Made by a program: the position numbers and the translations under genes
Part shown: positions 1 to 15,000 of the stretch, in pieces
Numbering within the stretch: the stretch's first letter is position 1
Layout of the letters: each line of letters begins with the position of its first letter
Notes under the pieces: generated by a model
The model's input: the letters and a program-made list of their open reading frames with translations, nothing else
The model's database searches: none
What the model was told of the DNA's origin: nothing
Assembly (NCBI RefSeq): GCF_902459465.1
Contig: NC_047081.1
Coordinates: 11,160,001-11,224,000, forward strand
Direction: 5' to 3'
From: Asterias rubens
Lineage: Eukaryota
DNA length: 64,000 nt

Positions 1-3000
1 AAATCACCATGGTGATACTGGCAACTTATCTTAAGATTAATTTTAGAGCTTTGTGAAATCCAGCCACGGGGCCGATTTGACACAGAGGCTAATATTGATC
101 TTGACCGTGTATCAATTTTAGTTGCTAAGCAAAGTGTGATGTCACTATACAAATCACCATGGTGATACTGACTCGTCATAAGATGAACCTTGGTGCTTTG
201 TGAAACACTTGTGCCTGTTTGTACAGTGAGTACAACTAGGTTGAATAATATTAACTTCTTGTGCTTTATCTCAAAATAGTAACACCTTAAAGATGTACTT
301 TTACTGCTGTTTCATTTTTTTGTGGGGATGGGGAGGTTGGAGTAGGGAAAGGGCTGGGGAGCGGCATGGTGAGCGTGTGGATCTTATGTATGTAAATTAT
401 ATACACCTTCATTGGCACCTTGAGCTGCATTTCAGTAGAGATCTACATACGTGTGTACTGCTGTGTCATTTTTTTTCTTGGGGTTTGGGAGGCTGCAGTT
501 GGGGACAGGGTTAGGTAGGGTGGGATAGAGGAGATTGTGGGCGTGTGTAGATCATTTGTATGTAATGTATCGCCTACATTGGCACCATGAATTCTCACTT
601 TAATAGTAACACCCTACATATACTGCTGTGTCATTTTTGTGGGGATGTTGCTACATGTAGAACACAGCTGCTCAAGCAAAAAATATTGCTTTCAAATTTT
701 GAGCCAAATTTGCAGGGGCCCCCAGTCAGAAATGGTGCATGTAACCTTATTTTGGCAAGCGTAATGTTGTTGATGCTTAACTGTTTATTGCGCTTTGCAG
801 CTCTATGAAATTGGGCCCAGGTCTATAATACAATATACTATGTGAGCCTATGTTCTGTGGGGCATTACACTTTTTTTGCAAAGTCCTAGCTGATCCTGTC
901 TGAACTTGTCTGAACTTGGCAAAGATAGTGACAGTGTAGATCCAGGTCCCTAAACCATGAAAACCTTTGGGACCGCTTACACTTTTTTTCTGCAAAGTCC
1001 CGGCTGAACCTGTCTGAAGCTTTCTAAAGTCGTAACAGACTGATCATAAACACTAAGCTGACGAGGGATTAAGATATAACCTACATTGGGTTTTAGTCAG
1101 AACCAGGATAACTGACACATACATTAATGCGACCCTGGAAGTTACACCCTGGGAGCCAACCAAAATAGTTCGTTGAAATTCCCTTTAGAAAGAAAAAAAA
1201 ATTGCTGGTTTTATGCATGGAAATGAAAGAAGTATAAATTTTTTTTGTAAAATGTCACTTTCATAATCCAGTTCTGGAAGTTTGAGCATAATCGGTCAAA
1301 AAGTGGCTGCACTTTTTTGCAGGAAAAAAATGAAGAAAAAAAGGTTGAGCAGATTCATGGTTTGGTTATCGTTTAAAGTTGTTTTACACCACAGCCTCAA
1401 CTTTGTCTATATAGCAGGGTTGGCCTTTTTACTTTTGTCAGTGACCTACAGCAGGGTTTGCCCCTTTAACTGTTTTTTTTAAATGTGGGACCAGTTAGCG
1501 CAGCATTAAACTAGTCTGTCAACTTTTTCATTATTAGTCCAAACATTTGGTTTTCAAATATAAAAGGTTGATCGACAAAAATGTATTATACCGTGTGCTT
1601 TGGTGTAATCTTAAATGCAGGACTAAACTAATTCTACCTCCATGGACTAATAATGTGACTTACTGCATACTTTTACAAATAAAATAAGGGTCGGCCATAA
1701 CTTGAAAGCTAAAGCATTTCCCAGATGGTGGAAATACATGTAGAAGAGATCTTTCACTTTTTATTTCGCGCTTGAGTTGAACACATCAATAAAACAAAAT
1801 TTAAAGTGAAAAAAAAAAAAAACATGTTTTTTTAAAACATCAATATATTGTATGACGCAGACAGAAACACAAACTCCATGTACTCATGGTGTTATATTTA
1901 TAAAAGTGGGATTTTTTTTCTATGTTGATGGTTAATGTTTACCACATGTCACAATAGAATTACTCTATTTTTTTCCCTCGACAATTCCAAGGTTGGTGCC
2001 AACTCATTTTTATAGAGGTATCGTTTTTTTAGAGCGTGACTAACCGAAGTGGCATGTGTCCATCAAAACCAAACAAAAACATTTTGAGAATAATAAAAGA
2101 GGCCGCCAGACAAAATAAACAGCATAAACAAAAGGAAGGTTTTCATTTTATTTTACTGATTGTTGTAGTAAGGTTTTGAGATCATAGTTTGATTTTGAGC
2201 AAGACAGGGAAAAGTTGTTGTTTATTGCTGCTTTTGGAGTGTGCCTTTTTTTAAACTTAACACTGGTCGACCGTTATTGCCTGCCATGTAGATCTAACAT
2301 ACCGTCGTACTTCATGCTGTGTTTTTTCTTCGCTTTCTGCATGTTCCCATAGTATGAACATGTACATGTACGTAAATCTTGCTGACCTTTATAGTTGTTT
2401 TTTTAGTGTTAACGGTGAACCATCTGCATGCTTCTGAACCATGGAATTCCACTTCAGTTATTTTTTAGTTTGTTCTAGGTTTTTTTTTCCAAAATGATTT
2501 GGGGTTGAACAAAGAAACATTGACAATAGCGGGATTTGAACCAAGGACCTCCTGATAACTGTTTTAAGTGGTATAAGCCTTTGCGATCCCGAATAATGCC
2601 AATTGTAAAATTTCTTTTCAAGTTGTTAATTTGTTGAACACTGCACAAACTAATCACATCAGCACATTTATGGTCAAATCTATTGTGAGACCAAGGATGC
2701 CTCATAAGTGAACTTGATCACTGTAGCTGACATGCCTGAGGATACCTGTAAACAAGGGTGCTTGCTATGTGAACCAGAAACACAAGGGTTATCCTCTACT
2801 CCTCCATGATCAGTGTTATGGGTTCTTTTACGTGCACTTTGAATCCTTGTGAAACACCAGAGCTTGACGTCAGTGCTCACAACGGCTCGGCCACCACACG
2901 CCACATATACATTGAGTTCAACTCCCCACGATAAATAAAGCACTCCACATCAGAGACCTATATTTCAAAGCTGGCTGATACACTCCCGACACGTCAAATT

Positions 3001-3031
3001 CTTAACGGTATTTTCTCTCAAATCAATCCAG

Positions 3032-6000
3032 GAACAAGAATGGCAATGCCAATAGCTCGTCCACGACCCGTGTGCGGTCACAGAGCGGTGGAAACAACCA
3101 CCCGCTACGACCCCCGAGATGGCCCAGCTTTCCCCCTGAAGAAGAAGGGATGGTGATGGTGGATGCTGTGGTCTATAGACACATGATACAGGATATGACG
3201 TCAGTGAAGACGATGTTATTCAAACTCAAGAGAGCTCTTCAGGCTGTGAGTACCGCAACAATTTTGGGTTTATGGGAAGGGGAGGTAAAGTTAAAGTCTG
3301 TCCCGAGCCAATGTGGCTCATAAGATCGGTGTTTTTATACGTGGGATTAAAACGACTGAGGATATTTCTTTTCCCCCGGACGATGTGGACAGCATGTAAA
3401 TCCATCGCAGTTTACTCCCCAACTCTCCCTGGGTCCCATTTGCACTCCTGGGTGGAGAGAAGCCATTATGATAAAGTACCTTGCTCAATGAAAGAAGTAT
3501 CACGAATGACCAAGCCAGGATTAAAATCCACACTGCCCAAGACCGTTTGGCCACAACATTCCACTTTATTAGTGGGGGAACAAAAACCCCACTTAAAGTG
3601 GGGTGGGAAGGGGAGGAGGGGTGGCCAGTTTGGAAACAGTCCACTTGGGAACCAATTTTGGGGCCTCCAAGCAATCTTTACTAAAACATAAATTTGGTAT
3701 CCACGTTTGTTTTTGTTTTCTTTGCAAAAAATTATATTGAGGAACCAGTCGTACAAATTGGCTGGTGACCAGTTGGAAAACAATAACAATTTTGCTGGTA
3801 ATCTTGGAGGAAAAAAAAATCTTTGCAAGTTCAAGTTGAGGAAATTTTGTTTGTTCTTGTTTTCCCGTATAGGTTGATAACACATCGTCCCCGTTTGAAC
3901 AAGCACTTCTGGTAAGTTTGTTTGCTGCCATTGCACCAAAGTATTTGTAAATATTCCCACCAGTTCCTGATGCTGATTTGGGAATGTTTTCCAAAGAATT
4001 ACTTTGGGGGGCGGGGGGGGGGGGAGGGTACTCAAAAATAGTACTCTTTTTTGTACAACCTGCTGACATGGATCATGTGGTGAACTTTGGGTGGGCCCTA
4101 AGCCAATCAGATTACCTAGAAGATGTACGCATGTATTAATAGTCGTCCTCAGCTATCAATTATTAAGATAAGACAATGTCCATTTTTAATTCCGCAGAGT
4201 CCTTGTGTCAGTCCGTTGACCAGTCCCATGAGTGAAGATAACCCTATACAGGAAGTAATCATTGACGATCTGAAAGAGGTAGGAACTCGTTGACCTCAGC
4301 AGGGGTCGATTTTGCAAAGAGTTAGGACTAGTTCTAACTTAGGACTAGTCCTAGGAGTTATTAAAAAACTTAAGGCTAGTCCTAAGTTAGGTCGAGTAAC
4401 TCTTCCTAAATTGAGATAAGACTAGTCTTGACTCTTTGTGAAATCCACCCCAGGGCTTGAATTTTACTCTGGACCGCATGCTCGAGGCCAGTAGTTTTAG
4501 TGTCGGGCCCTGGAAACTAATGACTGGAGTCCAGCAGTCTCATGTTTTTCAATTGAATAATAGCACCTCACTGTGTTAGTAAAAGAATAGTGATGTGGTT
4601 TCTCCGTTTTTAACTGGAAATTTAGGGTGTTTTTTTACCCTTAATAAAACCCCACGAAACATGAAGATAGAACCATTAGAATACCTTACTTTGTCCCTGT
4701 CATGTTGAGTCCCTGGGCCCATCAATTTTTTGGGGGCTATCAAATTTGTATGAAATATAATATTTTGAGGGCCTACACAAAATTAATGAGCCTGACGCTC
4801 TGTTTTCTCCTTATTAAGTGGGGTGCACCCCTAAGGCCTGTAGCATCCCTTCTGTTCGCAACATCTACTTAACGCTGCGTCATCATAGAACATTCTGTTT
4901 TATCTCACTCCTGACTTGTACAAATTACAGCTGAAGTGAACCTCCTGTGTTACATGAAAGCATCCGTTGATCTCACTTCCTCTTCTCGCTCTTTCCTTTC
5001 TTTGTCCTCTTTTGTCTTACTGCATTTTTGTTTTCCTACCAGGAAAACCATGTTCTTCGCAAGGAAGTGAAGAATTTACAGGAACTTTTAGCGGACACGC
5101 AGCATAATTTAAAAGAACTGCAACTACAAAAGGTAAATCTATCTCACTTTTGTTGAATCATTGGTTCATGCTTTTACCAATCTTCCACAGAAATATTTCC
5201 CTATATCAACTGTCACCAAGGGGGAATCTGTCACCTACTTCTAGGGCTGAAACAGGGTGTAACTCTTCAAAGTCCTTAAAGATGCAGGCATGGGTATCAT
5301 CCATTTTGGAGCTGTTTGGTAGAGCAGACTGCACTACCATCCCAACTTTTTTTTACGAAATGATAATGGTTAAGATAAGTGCCTTGCTAAAGGGTCAAGT
5401 GTCATGACCGGGATTCAAACCCACACTCGGCTTCAGACAACACCAGGGCTCAATTTCATAGAGCTGCTAAGTACAAGAATTTGCTTAGCATGAATTTCTT
5501 GCCTTGATAAAAACAGGAATACAAATTCATATTTGTTGCATAAAGCTTGCTACTGGTGTTCAGCTGTTGTTTGCTTATCCTCATAATCACGTGGAAATTT
5601 GGTTGGTAATCCTGTTTTTATCAAGGCAAAATTGTCATGCTGAGCAATTCTTTTTTGCTTAGCAGCTCTTTTCATAGAGCTTCTTTTTGCTTACTGCGTG
5701 AGTTTCCATTACATAGCGCTGCTAACTGTAGACGCATGAAATTCATGCTTGCTGTATTAAAAGGAATGACGAAAAATTGCAAATCCATGTCTAATTTTTG
5801 GGAAATACACTTAGGCTTGAGCAAATAGTCTGCTATACATGTAGATAGCATGAAAATTTGCTTACCGTTAAGCAGCCAGCGCTATGAAACTGTCCCAAGA
5901 GCCTGGGCCCGTTGATCAAGACCTCTTGACCACGACACACCCTTAAGACTTTATCCTTCAAGATAATGCTCTGTGTTATTAAGTGTTCGGTGAGGTGAAC

Positions 6001-9000
6001 CCCAAGGGTTCATTGAAATCCAAACTAACATCTATTCACACCAAGATAAAAATCTCATGGGAAGTGATTCACTGATAAGTTAACGGAGTGGCTAACTCAA
6101 TCAAGTTTGTAGGGTGGGGGTGTGGGTTGGTTTACCCCTTTTTCTTAGGGTGGGGTGTAGTCAAAATTGGGTAAGTTTAAAACTACCTCTTGCTTTTTAG
6201 CTCAGTTTTTATTGTTGATCATCTTGTGGTCTGTGCCAGATCCCAATCCAGAGCTTAGCCAGAGCCAAAGCTCTGTAGTTTTTAAAAGTGCCTTAAAGGC
6301 CATGGACACTATTGATAATTACTCAAAATAATTATTAACATAAAACCTTTCTTTGTAACGAGTTATTGGGAGAGGTTGATGGTATAAAACATTGTGAGAA
6401 ACGGCTCCCTCTGAAGTAATGTAGTTTTCGAGAAAGAAGTAATTTTCCACGAATTTGATTTCAAGACCTCAGATTTAGAATTTGAGGTCTCGAAATCAAG
6501 CATCTGAAAGCACACAACTTCGTGTGACAAGGGTGTTTTTTTCTTTCATTATTATCTTGCAACTTCGACGACCGATTGAGCTCAAATTTTCACATGTTTG
6601 TTATTTTGTGCATATGTTGAGATACACCAACTGTGAAGGCTAGTCTTTGACAATTACCAAAGGTGTCCAGTGTCTTTAATGACAATAGAATTTTGTGATA
6701 TGTACCCATTTTCCAACAGACAGAGTCCTCAGTTGAGTGGGAAACAAATAAAAAGTCTGTAACCCCACTGACACAATTAGTAATTGTCAAAGACCAGTAT
6801 TCTCACTTGGTGTATCTCAACATGCATAAAATAACAAATTTGTGAAAATTTTGGCTCGATTGGTCATCGAAGTTGCAAGAAAACACACCATCAGACCCTC
6901 AGATTCAAATATTTTAGGAAGAAATTACTTCTTTCTCAAACACTATGTTACTAGTTTAATGTTAATATATGACAAAGTGCATATACCAAACGTGTCCATG
7001 CCTATAAACAGACTCTTTGTTTTGTTTTTGTTTTGTTTTGTTTGTTGTTGGTTTTACTGCGCCTTGAACACTCAGCAGGGTGGATACGTGCGCATTACAA
7101 GTCTTCTAATTATTATTATTATTCATTCCAGAATGTACACACCTCAGCGGAGCAGCAAGATGCCAGTACACAGTGCGTGATTCTCACACAAGATCAGTCC
7201 CTCCAAGTTTTTATCAAACCACATGTAAGTAGCTAATATTTCTCTGCTTTCTGTTAACGCTGACAAACAAATATTATTAAGTGAGGTTTGCAGGAGGACG
7301 ATCTGAGATCGCTTTGAGTAGTGTTGGTTCTGAAAAGAGCTGGTGATAAACAACTCAACATTCTAGGATCAGTTTGCTCTGATCGTCTTCAGGAGAAAGA
7401 GCACAGTACAGTTTTTGAAATGCTGAGATGTCAACCTCTGGTTCTTTTCAGAGTTATATACTCCCACCAAGTTTCAAATCCTACAACAACGAAAAATGTA
7501 ATGAAATTCTCACCGTTGGTCATCTGACTAATGGAAAATGAGTTCATGTCATCTTCACCCCATTTAAAGTTTACTCCAACCAAAAAAGGATGGTTTTTGT
7601 TATTGTTATTATTTTTTTGAGGAGGTGGTTGGTCTGTTAGGGTCCTTTTCTAAGAAGCTTTGATTAATCAATTTAATGTTTACTTTATAACATCCGGCTA
7701 AATTGATTCACTGTATAAGAAGAGCTGTAACTTATGAACCACAAAGACAAGAATTAGTCAAAGTCGTGTCAGTGTTGGTGTCATTCCTGTTATGCCATGA
7801 GCCTTCAAGCTGATGTCAGTCTTGGAATTTACTTTGGTGCTCAGGAAAGTAATAATAACAAAAATAACTATATAGTGCTGGTAGGTTTCCACCATTTTGG
7901 ACGCTCATGGCGCTGAACATTTATTACTTGCACATACATGGAGCAACTATGTTGAGTTGCTGAACATGTACTGTGCATGTATTTGATGTTGTTTTGTGAA
8001 GTGATTCAACACTGCTTATGGATCCAGTAAAACTAAGACTTCTCTTTGTTCTCCTTTGGTTTGGATGTAGTGTGTTTAAGTTTTTAGTTCAGCCGCTAAT
8101 TGTAGTGATTGATTAGTGATGTGCGGGTTCAGGGCCTTCCCTGCTACACAAAGGTGTCTTAAGAGCCCCCTCGTCATACTCGCTGTGTCTGATACTGGTG
8201 TCTTATAGTGATGCATACATGATGTAAGTGTCAGTTTAATGTACTGTGAAATGTGTCATGGATAACACGGATAAGAAAGGGAATTGAGTTTGTTATTATC
8301 ATGAAGGATAACACTGTATACCAAGCTCTTTATGTATCAGCCCTCCCCCCATAGGGGAGTTTTTACATGAGGGTAAACAACCTGAAATTTTATGTGTTGA
8401 AAGAAAGTTATGTGTTGTGTGTGAAAGTGGCTAAATGAGGGATATACATGTAATGATGAGTTGTTTTGGTTTTGTATAAAATTATTTTTGATTCTGCCTT
8501 CCTGTAGAGGATGTACAATTGATGAGATTAATTTTCCAAGCTCCAAACATGTTCAAGAGTAAAATTCAGTTTGAAAAAAACCCAATATGAAATCGAATTG
8601 AAAATCTGAGGGAATATCACGAAGGGCTTAACTGAGGCAATGCCAATCCTCTGAAATTCCCACGCCCAATTTTAATTAAGTCATGAAAAATTAAAAGTGT
8701 TCTTCAAGGACCCACAGTTGTTTTTGTAACACTGTAATATTTATCCAAGGCTGCTCGGTTTATCGGATTATGTTTGAATGAAGACACTCTGGCATCGAAT
8801 GATGCAACCTAGACGTAGAGGATGCTCAACAGACGTCCTGTAGGATTTGATGGAATTATCACAGGTGGGTTGCCAGATGTGTTTACTAAAGATGGGAGGG
8901 TTGCTGGTTTGGAAGGAATAGACAACAACAAACAGTCAGGACTTGGGAGGGGGGGGGTAGAGAAACAACACCATCGCAAAGGGTATGTAGCTAAAAATGT

Positions 9001-12000
9001 ATAGGCCTACTGTACTAGAGTTTGCTCTAAACAACAAAAATTAAAAGGAGAACAAATTATTGACGTTTTGTCATTTATAAGCACACTGAATTGAAATAAG
9101 GTCTATGGAATGTTTTGTGCTCGGGGCTTATAAGTCCTGCTGTAAAATCTGGAGTATTTTAGATGGATTTATCTTGATGATTTTTGTGAATTTTTATAAA
9201 TGTTTGTGTTGGTGTATATCGGCCTTACACGCTAGCTTGTCCTTACAGGGAGAGAATCCCTAATTATGAATTAGAACGTTCCTGCCGTTCGGACTTCTGA
9301 GGTGCTCCCTATGGAGGATGGAAGTTGCGCTTCATGTGCCAACTACTATTAGTAGAATAGCATTTTAAAGGAGGGGATATCTAACTGGAGATTTCCTTTT
9401 TGGTTGCGTGTGACGTATTCAGTTTGTTTACACTACAGTTGCTGTTTATTTCTTTTTTTATCCTAACGCTCAATTGTAGAAGTCTAAAGTTGTCGTAACA
9501 GCACCTCATTGACAAGACTGGTACATTTCTGTAAATCCTAACCCAACTTTATCGTGAGGGCCCACAATTTCTGCTAGTCCTGTGCCACCCCGACCCGTTC
9601 CAAACTTGACCTCCAATTCCCCGAGTCAAACCAACTTCTGCTGGCAAACAAACCTATAATGAATGTTCTACACCAGCCAGTATTCCAACTTCATTCTTGA
9701 AGTCCAATAAATGATTACTGACCCGACAAGATCACGTCACCCATCCTACACCAATCCAATCCTTACCCAAACTTGTAGTCGTAGACACAACCATGATAAC
9801 ACTACCATGTTGCTTGTCCCATGCTGTACCCAACCCATCCCCTACGTCCACGGTCCGGAAACGTCTAAAGACCCTCAAATGCAGCATTGGCCAGCCAACA
9901 CCCCCACCTTCCTTCCCTATGTCCAAGAAACGTTCAATGGCCCAACAAAGCTTAGCCCTACACTGTGCCAAACTTCGATGGAACAGAAGTGTGAGGAACA
10001 GGTTCAGGGCTCAAATTTGGGGTAAAGGCCCTGTCACACAGGCCTCAATAACGAGATCAACAACGAAAATGGTACCAATGCACGCCCTGGATTGGTTGAA
10101 TGAGCTTGGGCCAATAGTACCAACAGAATGCGTTTTCTATGGGTTGTGACCGCTATCGTTTTCGTTTTCGCTGCAGTGTGACTTTGCCTTAAAGACTGCT
10201 AGAGGCTTGTTTACTGGCCCAACACTTAAAACCATCATCGGCCTCAGGCCTGCAGTCTTGTGTAACACTCAAGCCCCGAGGTTTACTGCACATGATCTCC
10301 TCTCTACTTGCTTAATATATCTAAGTGGCATCTTAAACCATACCAAGCTCATACACAAAGTAACGCCAGAGAGAGAAAGAAAGGGGGAAACACTTATTAT
10401 AATCCCCGATAATTGTCAATAGCTCAATGTCAAGATAAAGATCTTATAGGTATTAACCACCTTCCCGTGATTAAGGAGTCATCGTTTTAAGAACCTTTCT
10501 TCTTTCACTCTGACCGGTCTACACGTTAAACCCCCCCCCCCCCCCTTCTCAAAATTTTTCCTTTGGCGTTCAATCGCCGGAAAGACCTGATTGACTCTCC
10601 TCTCTCCCCCTCGTTTCGGTCATTGCTTATCTCATTGGATGATGTGGCCACTGTATCCTGAGCTTCATTTTCACAAAGCTGTGTAGCAGTGAAAGGATGC
10701 TAAGAAACAGGGCCCAATTTCATGGCTCTGCTTACCGTCAAATTCTGCACTTACATGTACCATCACCATTCTGAAAGAAGGCCTAGTAACATGGAATACA
10801 TGTATGCTGTGAAAGCTTGATTTACATATGTAGGCGCAAAATTCTCTGCTTCCCTAAGCACTGATTCTCTGCTTACGGTAAGCAGAGCCATGAAATTGGG
10901 CCCAGATTAGCAGGTCATGACTCAGCCCCAATTTCATAGAGCTGTTAAACCTTTTTCTGCTAAGCGGAAATAAGCGAGAAGCTGTTCAAACACTGTATAT
11001 ACATGTATCATTTGTGGTTTATCCAAAAAGAAACTAATTTTTGTCCTAATTTTTTTCATTTTTTTTTTTTTTTTTTTGGTTAAGCTTGTTTTAGGGTGAC
11101 ATACATGAAGATTTGTTTGTCTTTCAGTTTTGCTGTTTAATTAGCCTTCGAGGGTCGAAACACCAGTCAACTTACTATTTATTTTTTATATTTTTTATTA
11201 TTTTTCTTGGGGGGGGGGAGGGGTGACATTATTTGGAAAATTAGTCATTATTTTATTTTCCATGTAATTTAGATTGTTCATCCAAAGGGATCATCTTCCT
11301 TTAATCCCTTTAATTTCCACCTCGATCCCCCCCCCCCCAACTCTTAAGTTGACGTTAACAAAAAACAAAAAAACCCGGAATGAATCAAAGACTTCAAATT
11401 ATTCTCTTTTGCTGTGTATCTCTCTCTCTCTGTGTTTGTATCCCACCCCCTTAGTCTGTCCATGTTACCTCCTCCGCCCAAGCCACGCCCACCTCCAGTC
11501 CGACGCATCGCAAATACAGGGCTGAAGCCAGGTAAATGAACAACCAAGTGAATGGAGCCATGCAAAAAAATAAAATAAAAAAAAATCATCAACCAAAAAT
11601 AATGCTTGCTGCTAAATATACTAACGATAATAAAATTAATGTTATACCAAGCATGAGAAATGTGTATTGTGAGCGAATGAAATGGTGACTTGCGTTACAT
11701 TAGTCACATTATAGCTGTAATATGGGGGTAGTGTTTTTTTGTGGGTGTAACAATTACTGTTTCGGTTGTTGGAAACAGTTTTGGGTTACGACTGCGAAAA
11801 TGCACCTCGTGGTATGCTGAACGATATTCTTTACTTGGTTTTGTTGAGATTTGAAATTATCTTTCTATGTTACCCTTGAAACCATTATGTGGTAAGCACT
11901 GTGAACTTTGTGCTATCCCAGAAAAACAAATTCACCCAAAAATGGGTAATCTGGTAGGATTCGAACCTACAACTCCTTAATTTTCAAGGCTCGATTTTGA

Positions 12001-15000
12001 GAATCTTCAAAACTGCAGAGCTCAAAATTTGTACTGGCCCAGAATATTGTTAACGAAACTTTTTAAATCAATGAAGTTGAGATTGCTTTAAAAGCGAGGT
12101 GAGAATTATCAAGTCGTGAAAATCGTTTCTTTGTTCGACGTGGCATGAGTTATCACGGAGTAGCCCATGTAGCATGCTATTCAATTGCCTTGTGTTTATT
12201 TATGTTCTATGTATTCTTGTTTTTAGTTTGCTTTTGTGGTCAGTGTGTTTTTTGTTGGGTTCTAATTACTACCTTGACGCCTTATTATAGTAAATGTTAT
12301 TTGCCAAATAAAGAAAATGTAAAAAAAAACCACCTAAATATTTATGTAAGTTACGCTTGTACCGCTTAAGATCTGCCAAGTAAATTATGCTTTCATTAAC
12401 GCTCTGTTTCTTTGTGAATTGCAACAAAAAGGGGGTTGCTAAATTTTGCTTAAAATTTGCTAATTTCTAAGTTACAATACAATTTGCCAACTTCGTCAAA
12501 CTAGGAAGGTTGGATGCTGGGTCAAGAGTCATGTCAAGCTAGCGGTCTGTCATCGCTCGGCTCATAATGACACAGATGACAAATGGTGACGCAGATGACA
12601 ACAAGTCTTATTCAGTGAACAGACATTTAAGTTGAAAGACATTGGGAAAGTTGGGTCAGGTTCAGGGAGATTTTATTCAAAGAAGCGATTGTGAAGTCGT
12701 TTGTGTCTTGGACAAATTGAAGTGACAAATGGTCGGAACAGGTGTACAATGACGCCTGATTTAAACGGACAGACAGTCAGATGGTATTCGACGTATGAGA
12801 TGGTTTCCATTCCTAAGAATAGATTTGAAGATGATTCAGTTTTCAGTTAGAACAAAATTAGTGACAAATCGTGATCTCATTTCTGTCGTAGACCAGTGTA
12901 AGTTGTGTGTAAAGTTAGCATACAGTAACTTTGGTAAACATCAACGTCAATGAAAACGATTAAAGCAACTGCCTCTATAGTCTGAGGAATTCAAGTTTAA
13001 AGGAACATTACAGAATTGTTTTTTGCTAACAAAACAGTTGCTGGCAGTGTAAGCACTTTATGTAATCCACCATATACATAAACTGACAAACCTGTAGAAG
13101 TTTGAGATCGATCGGCCATCTAGGTCACGAGAGAATAGTGAAAAACCGATTACACATTTTGCATTGCATCGATGCCAAAATAAAAATGAATAAAACGCTC
13201 ACTGAGCGATAAACTCCAAACGCGAAGTTAGATTATTTATTTCTCATCAAATTATGACATTTCAGACAGAAATATTTCAAGGGATGTTTTCTACTATCAT
13301 CATCATTAGACCATGTAAGTTTTATGCAAATCTGTGATCTTCACGAATTTTGTTCCTTACCAATTCTGTAACGTTCCTTTAAGCGGTAACTTGTGACTGA
13401 GCAAGTCATTGTACAGCAGCCGTTGTTCAAATCTAGCTAGTAAACCATTAAGTCTACTTTGAGCAACCCTAGATATTTTGAAGTGTTATTGAAAACTATC
13501 ATCGAAACCAAAATGCTTTTTTCTTTTTTGCTGCAGTCAGACATTAACTGTCCAACCTCTCTCTTTCTGTCTGTCGAGCCCAATCTGACAGCAATCTGTG
13601 ACCATAAAGGAAATTAAATAAGACTTTTATCATTCAACCTGTTCATTCAATGACCTCAAGGATTAGCAGGTCATTACCCCCAGCCTGAGCCCCCTTCCTC
13701 CTCCCCTGGATACTCATAACCGATGGTGGGGTAAAGGGCAAAGTGACCCCATTTAATCGTTGACTATTTGGGGTTTAGGGTTTCTACCAGAAATGTGTCT
13801 AAAATGAGAGTTTATTTTAAAACATCCTTACGGAACAAGCGATAGCTATCAAATCAGCCCAAAATCAGCCTCTTCAGGCAATGCACGTTACACACTACAT
13901 TCTGTGAGAAGAACTATATAGTGTTTCCTTTTCCAAAAAAAAATATAAATTTAAGGTTCGGTGTATGTGAATGTGTTTTTGTTTCCCCCTCCCAGCAAAA
14001 AGTAGATTTTTTTTTTTGGATGTTACTGTAGAGTGACGTTTTCTTTGATGTGACTTTTTGTCCGGTCAGAAAATTGCCTTATATTCGTGCTCGTATTTAA
14101 TACAGTTCAAGAAAGTTGTTTGCCTGTGAGAAAGACATGCATGTAGAATTTGTACATTTTTATACCCCACCCCTTGCGGCCCCGCTCACCCCTCCCAAAG
14201 ACCCCACCCAAAGACCCCACCCCAACTCGTATTAAGTTTTGATTTATCCTAAATGCTTGGTACGATTTCTACACGGATGTGTTTACCAGTTGAGACATGA
14301 TGTCAGTAGATTGCAGCATGCTCACAAGCATGATAAGTTTCAACCAGTGTATTGCTGTTTTTTGGGGGAGGTCGTGCTTTCTGCTCTACCGGCCAGGCTT
14401 CGGATTGATGCTACCCAAGCCTACATCCATAAGGATTGTGAAAAGGGGTAACCCTGTTTTAGCCCTAGGGGTATGTGGCAACGGCTTCTTGAAACAAAAT
14501 AGTTGTAGCCCACACCTTGAAGTACATAGTAGCCTTCAGGCCTTGTGTGTCTGTCGACTTGCATAAAAGAAAGAAAAAAAATATGTATATCATGTGACCA
14601 AACATGTCTGGATAATTCCAATCATGAGGCAAAGGGGAGTAAAATGGAAAAACCATATTTCACCTCCAGATAGGCAAAACGTTTGTATGGGTGTTAGCCA
14701 TCTCGTACCTAGCCAATCAAAACCATATCTTGAATCATGTGAGATAGCAAGTGTCTTTTAGTAGTCGGGTAAATTCATGCTTTCTTAGTCGTGACAAAGC
14801 AAGTAAATTTACCAGATACAAATTGATCTCGCAAATGACTTGAATATTTTACACTTGTCACAGATTCTGCATTAAGCAACAAAATCAGTTTGTAGTGAAC
14901 AAGTTTGAATGATAAACTGTACCGTACATAATGATCTCTGTGTTGTCTAAAACCATTAATTCATATTTTCTACAAAAATTGTTGACTCTTCTGAAAAAAA

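Noticed and set aside
250-660. Degenerate ~150-bp triplication (TACTGCTGT(G/T)TCATTTTT...GGGG)
   Set aside because: An old local tandem duplication with no coding or structural signal.
2660-3031. Possible extra upstream coding exon of the CCSER-like gene
   Set aside because: The frames I tested hit stops, and the only phase-plausible piece would need a 24-nt intron.
9500-10150. C-rich stretch with three ~80-120 aa ORFs
   Set aside because: No recognisable protein or RT/endonuclease motif and no convincing splice sites; left unexplained.
10177-10280. Phase-compatible candidate exon for the CCSER-like gene
   Set aside because: Weak donor (GTTTAC) and unremarkable peptide. Exon 11455-11531 has much stronger signals and already closes the frame.
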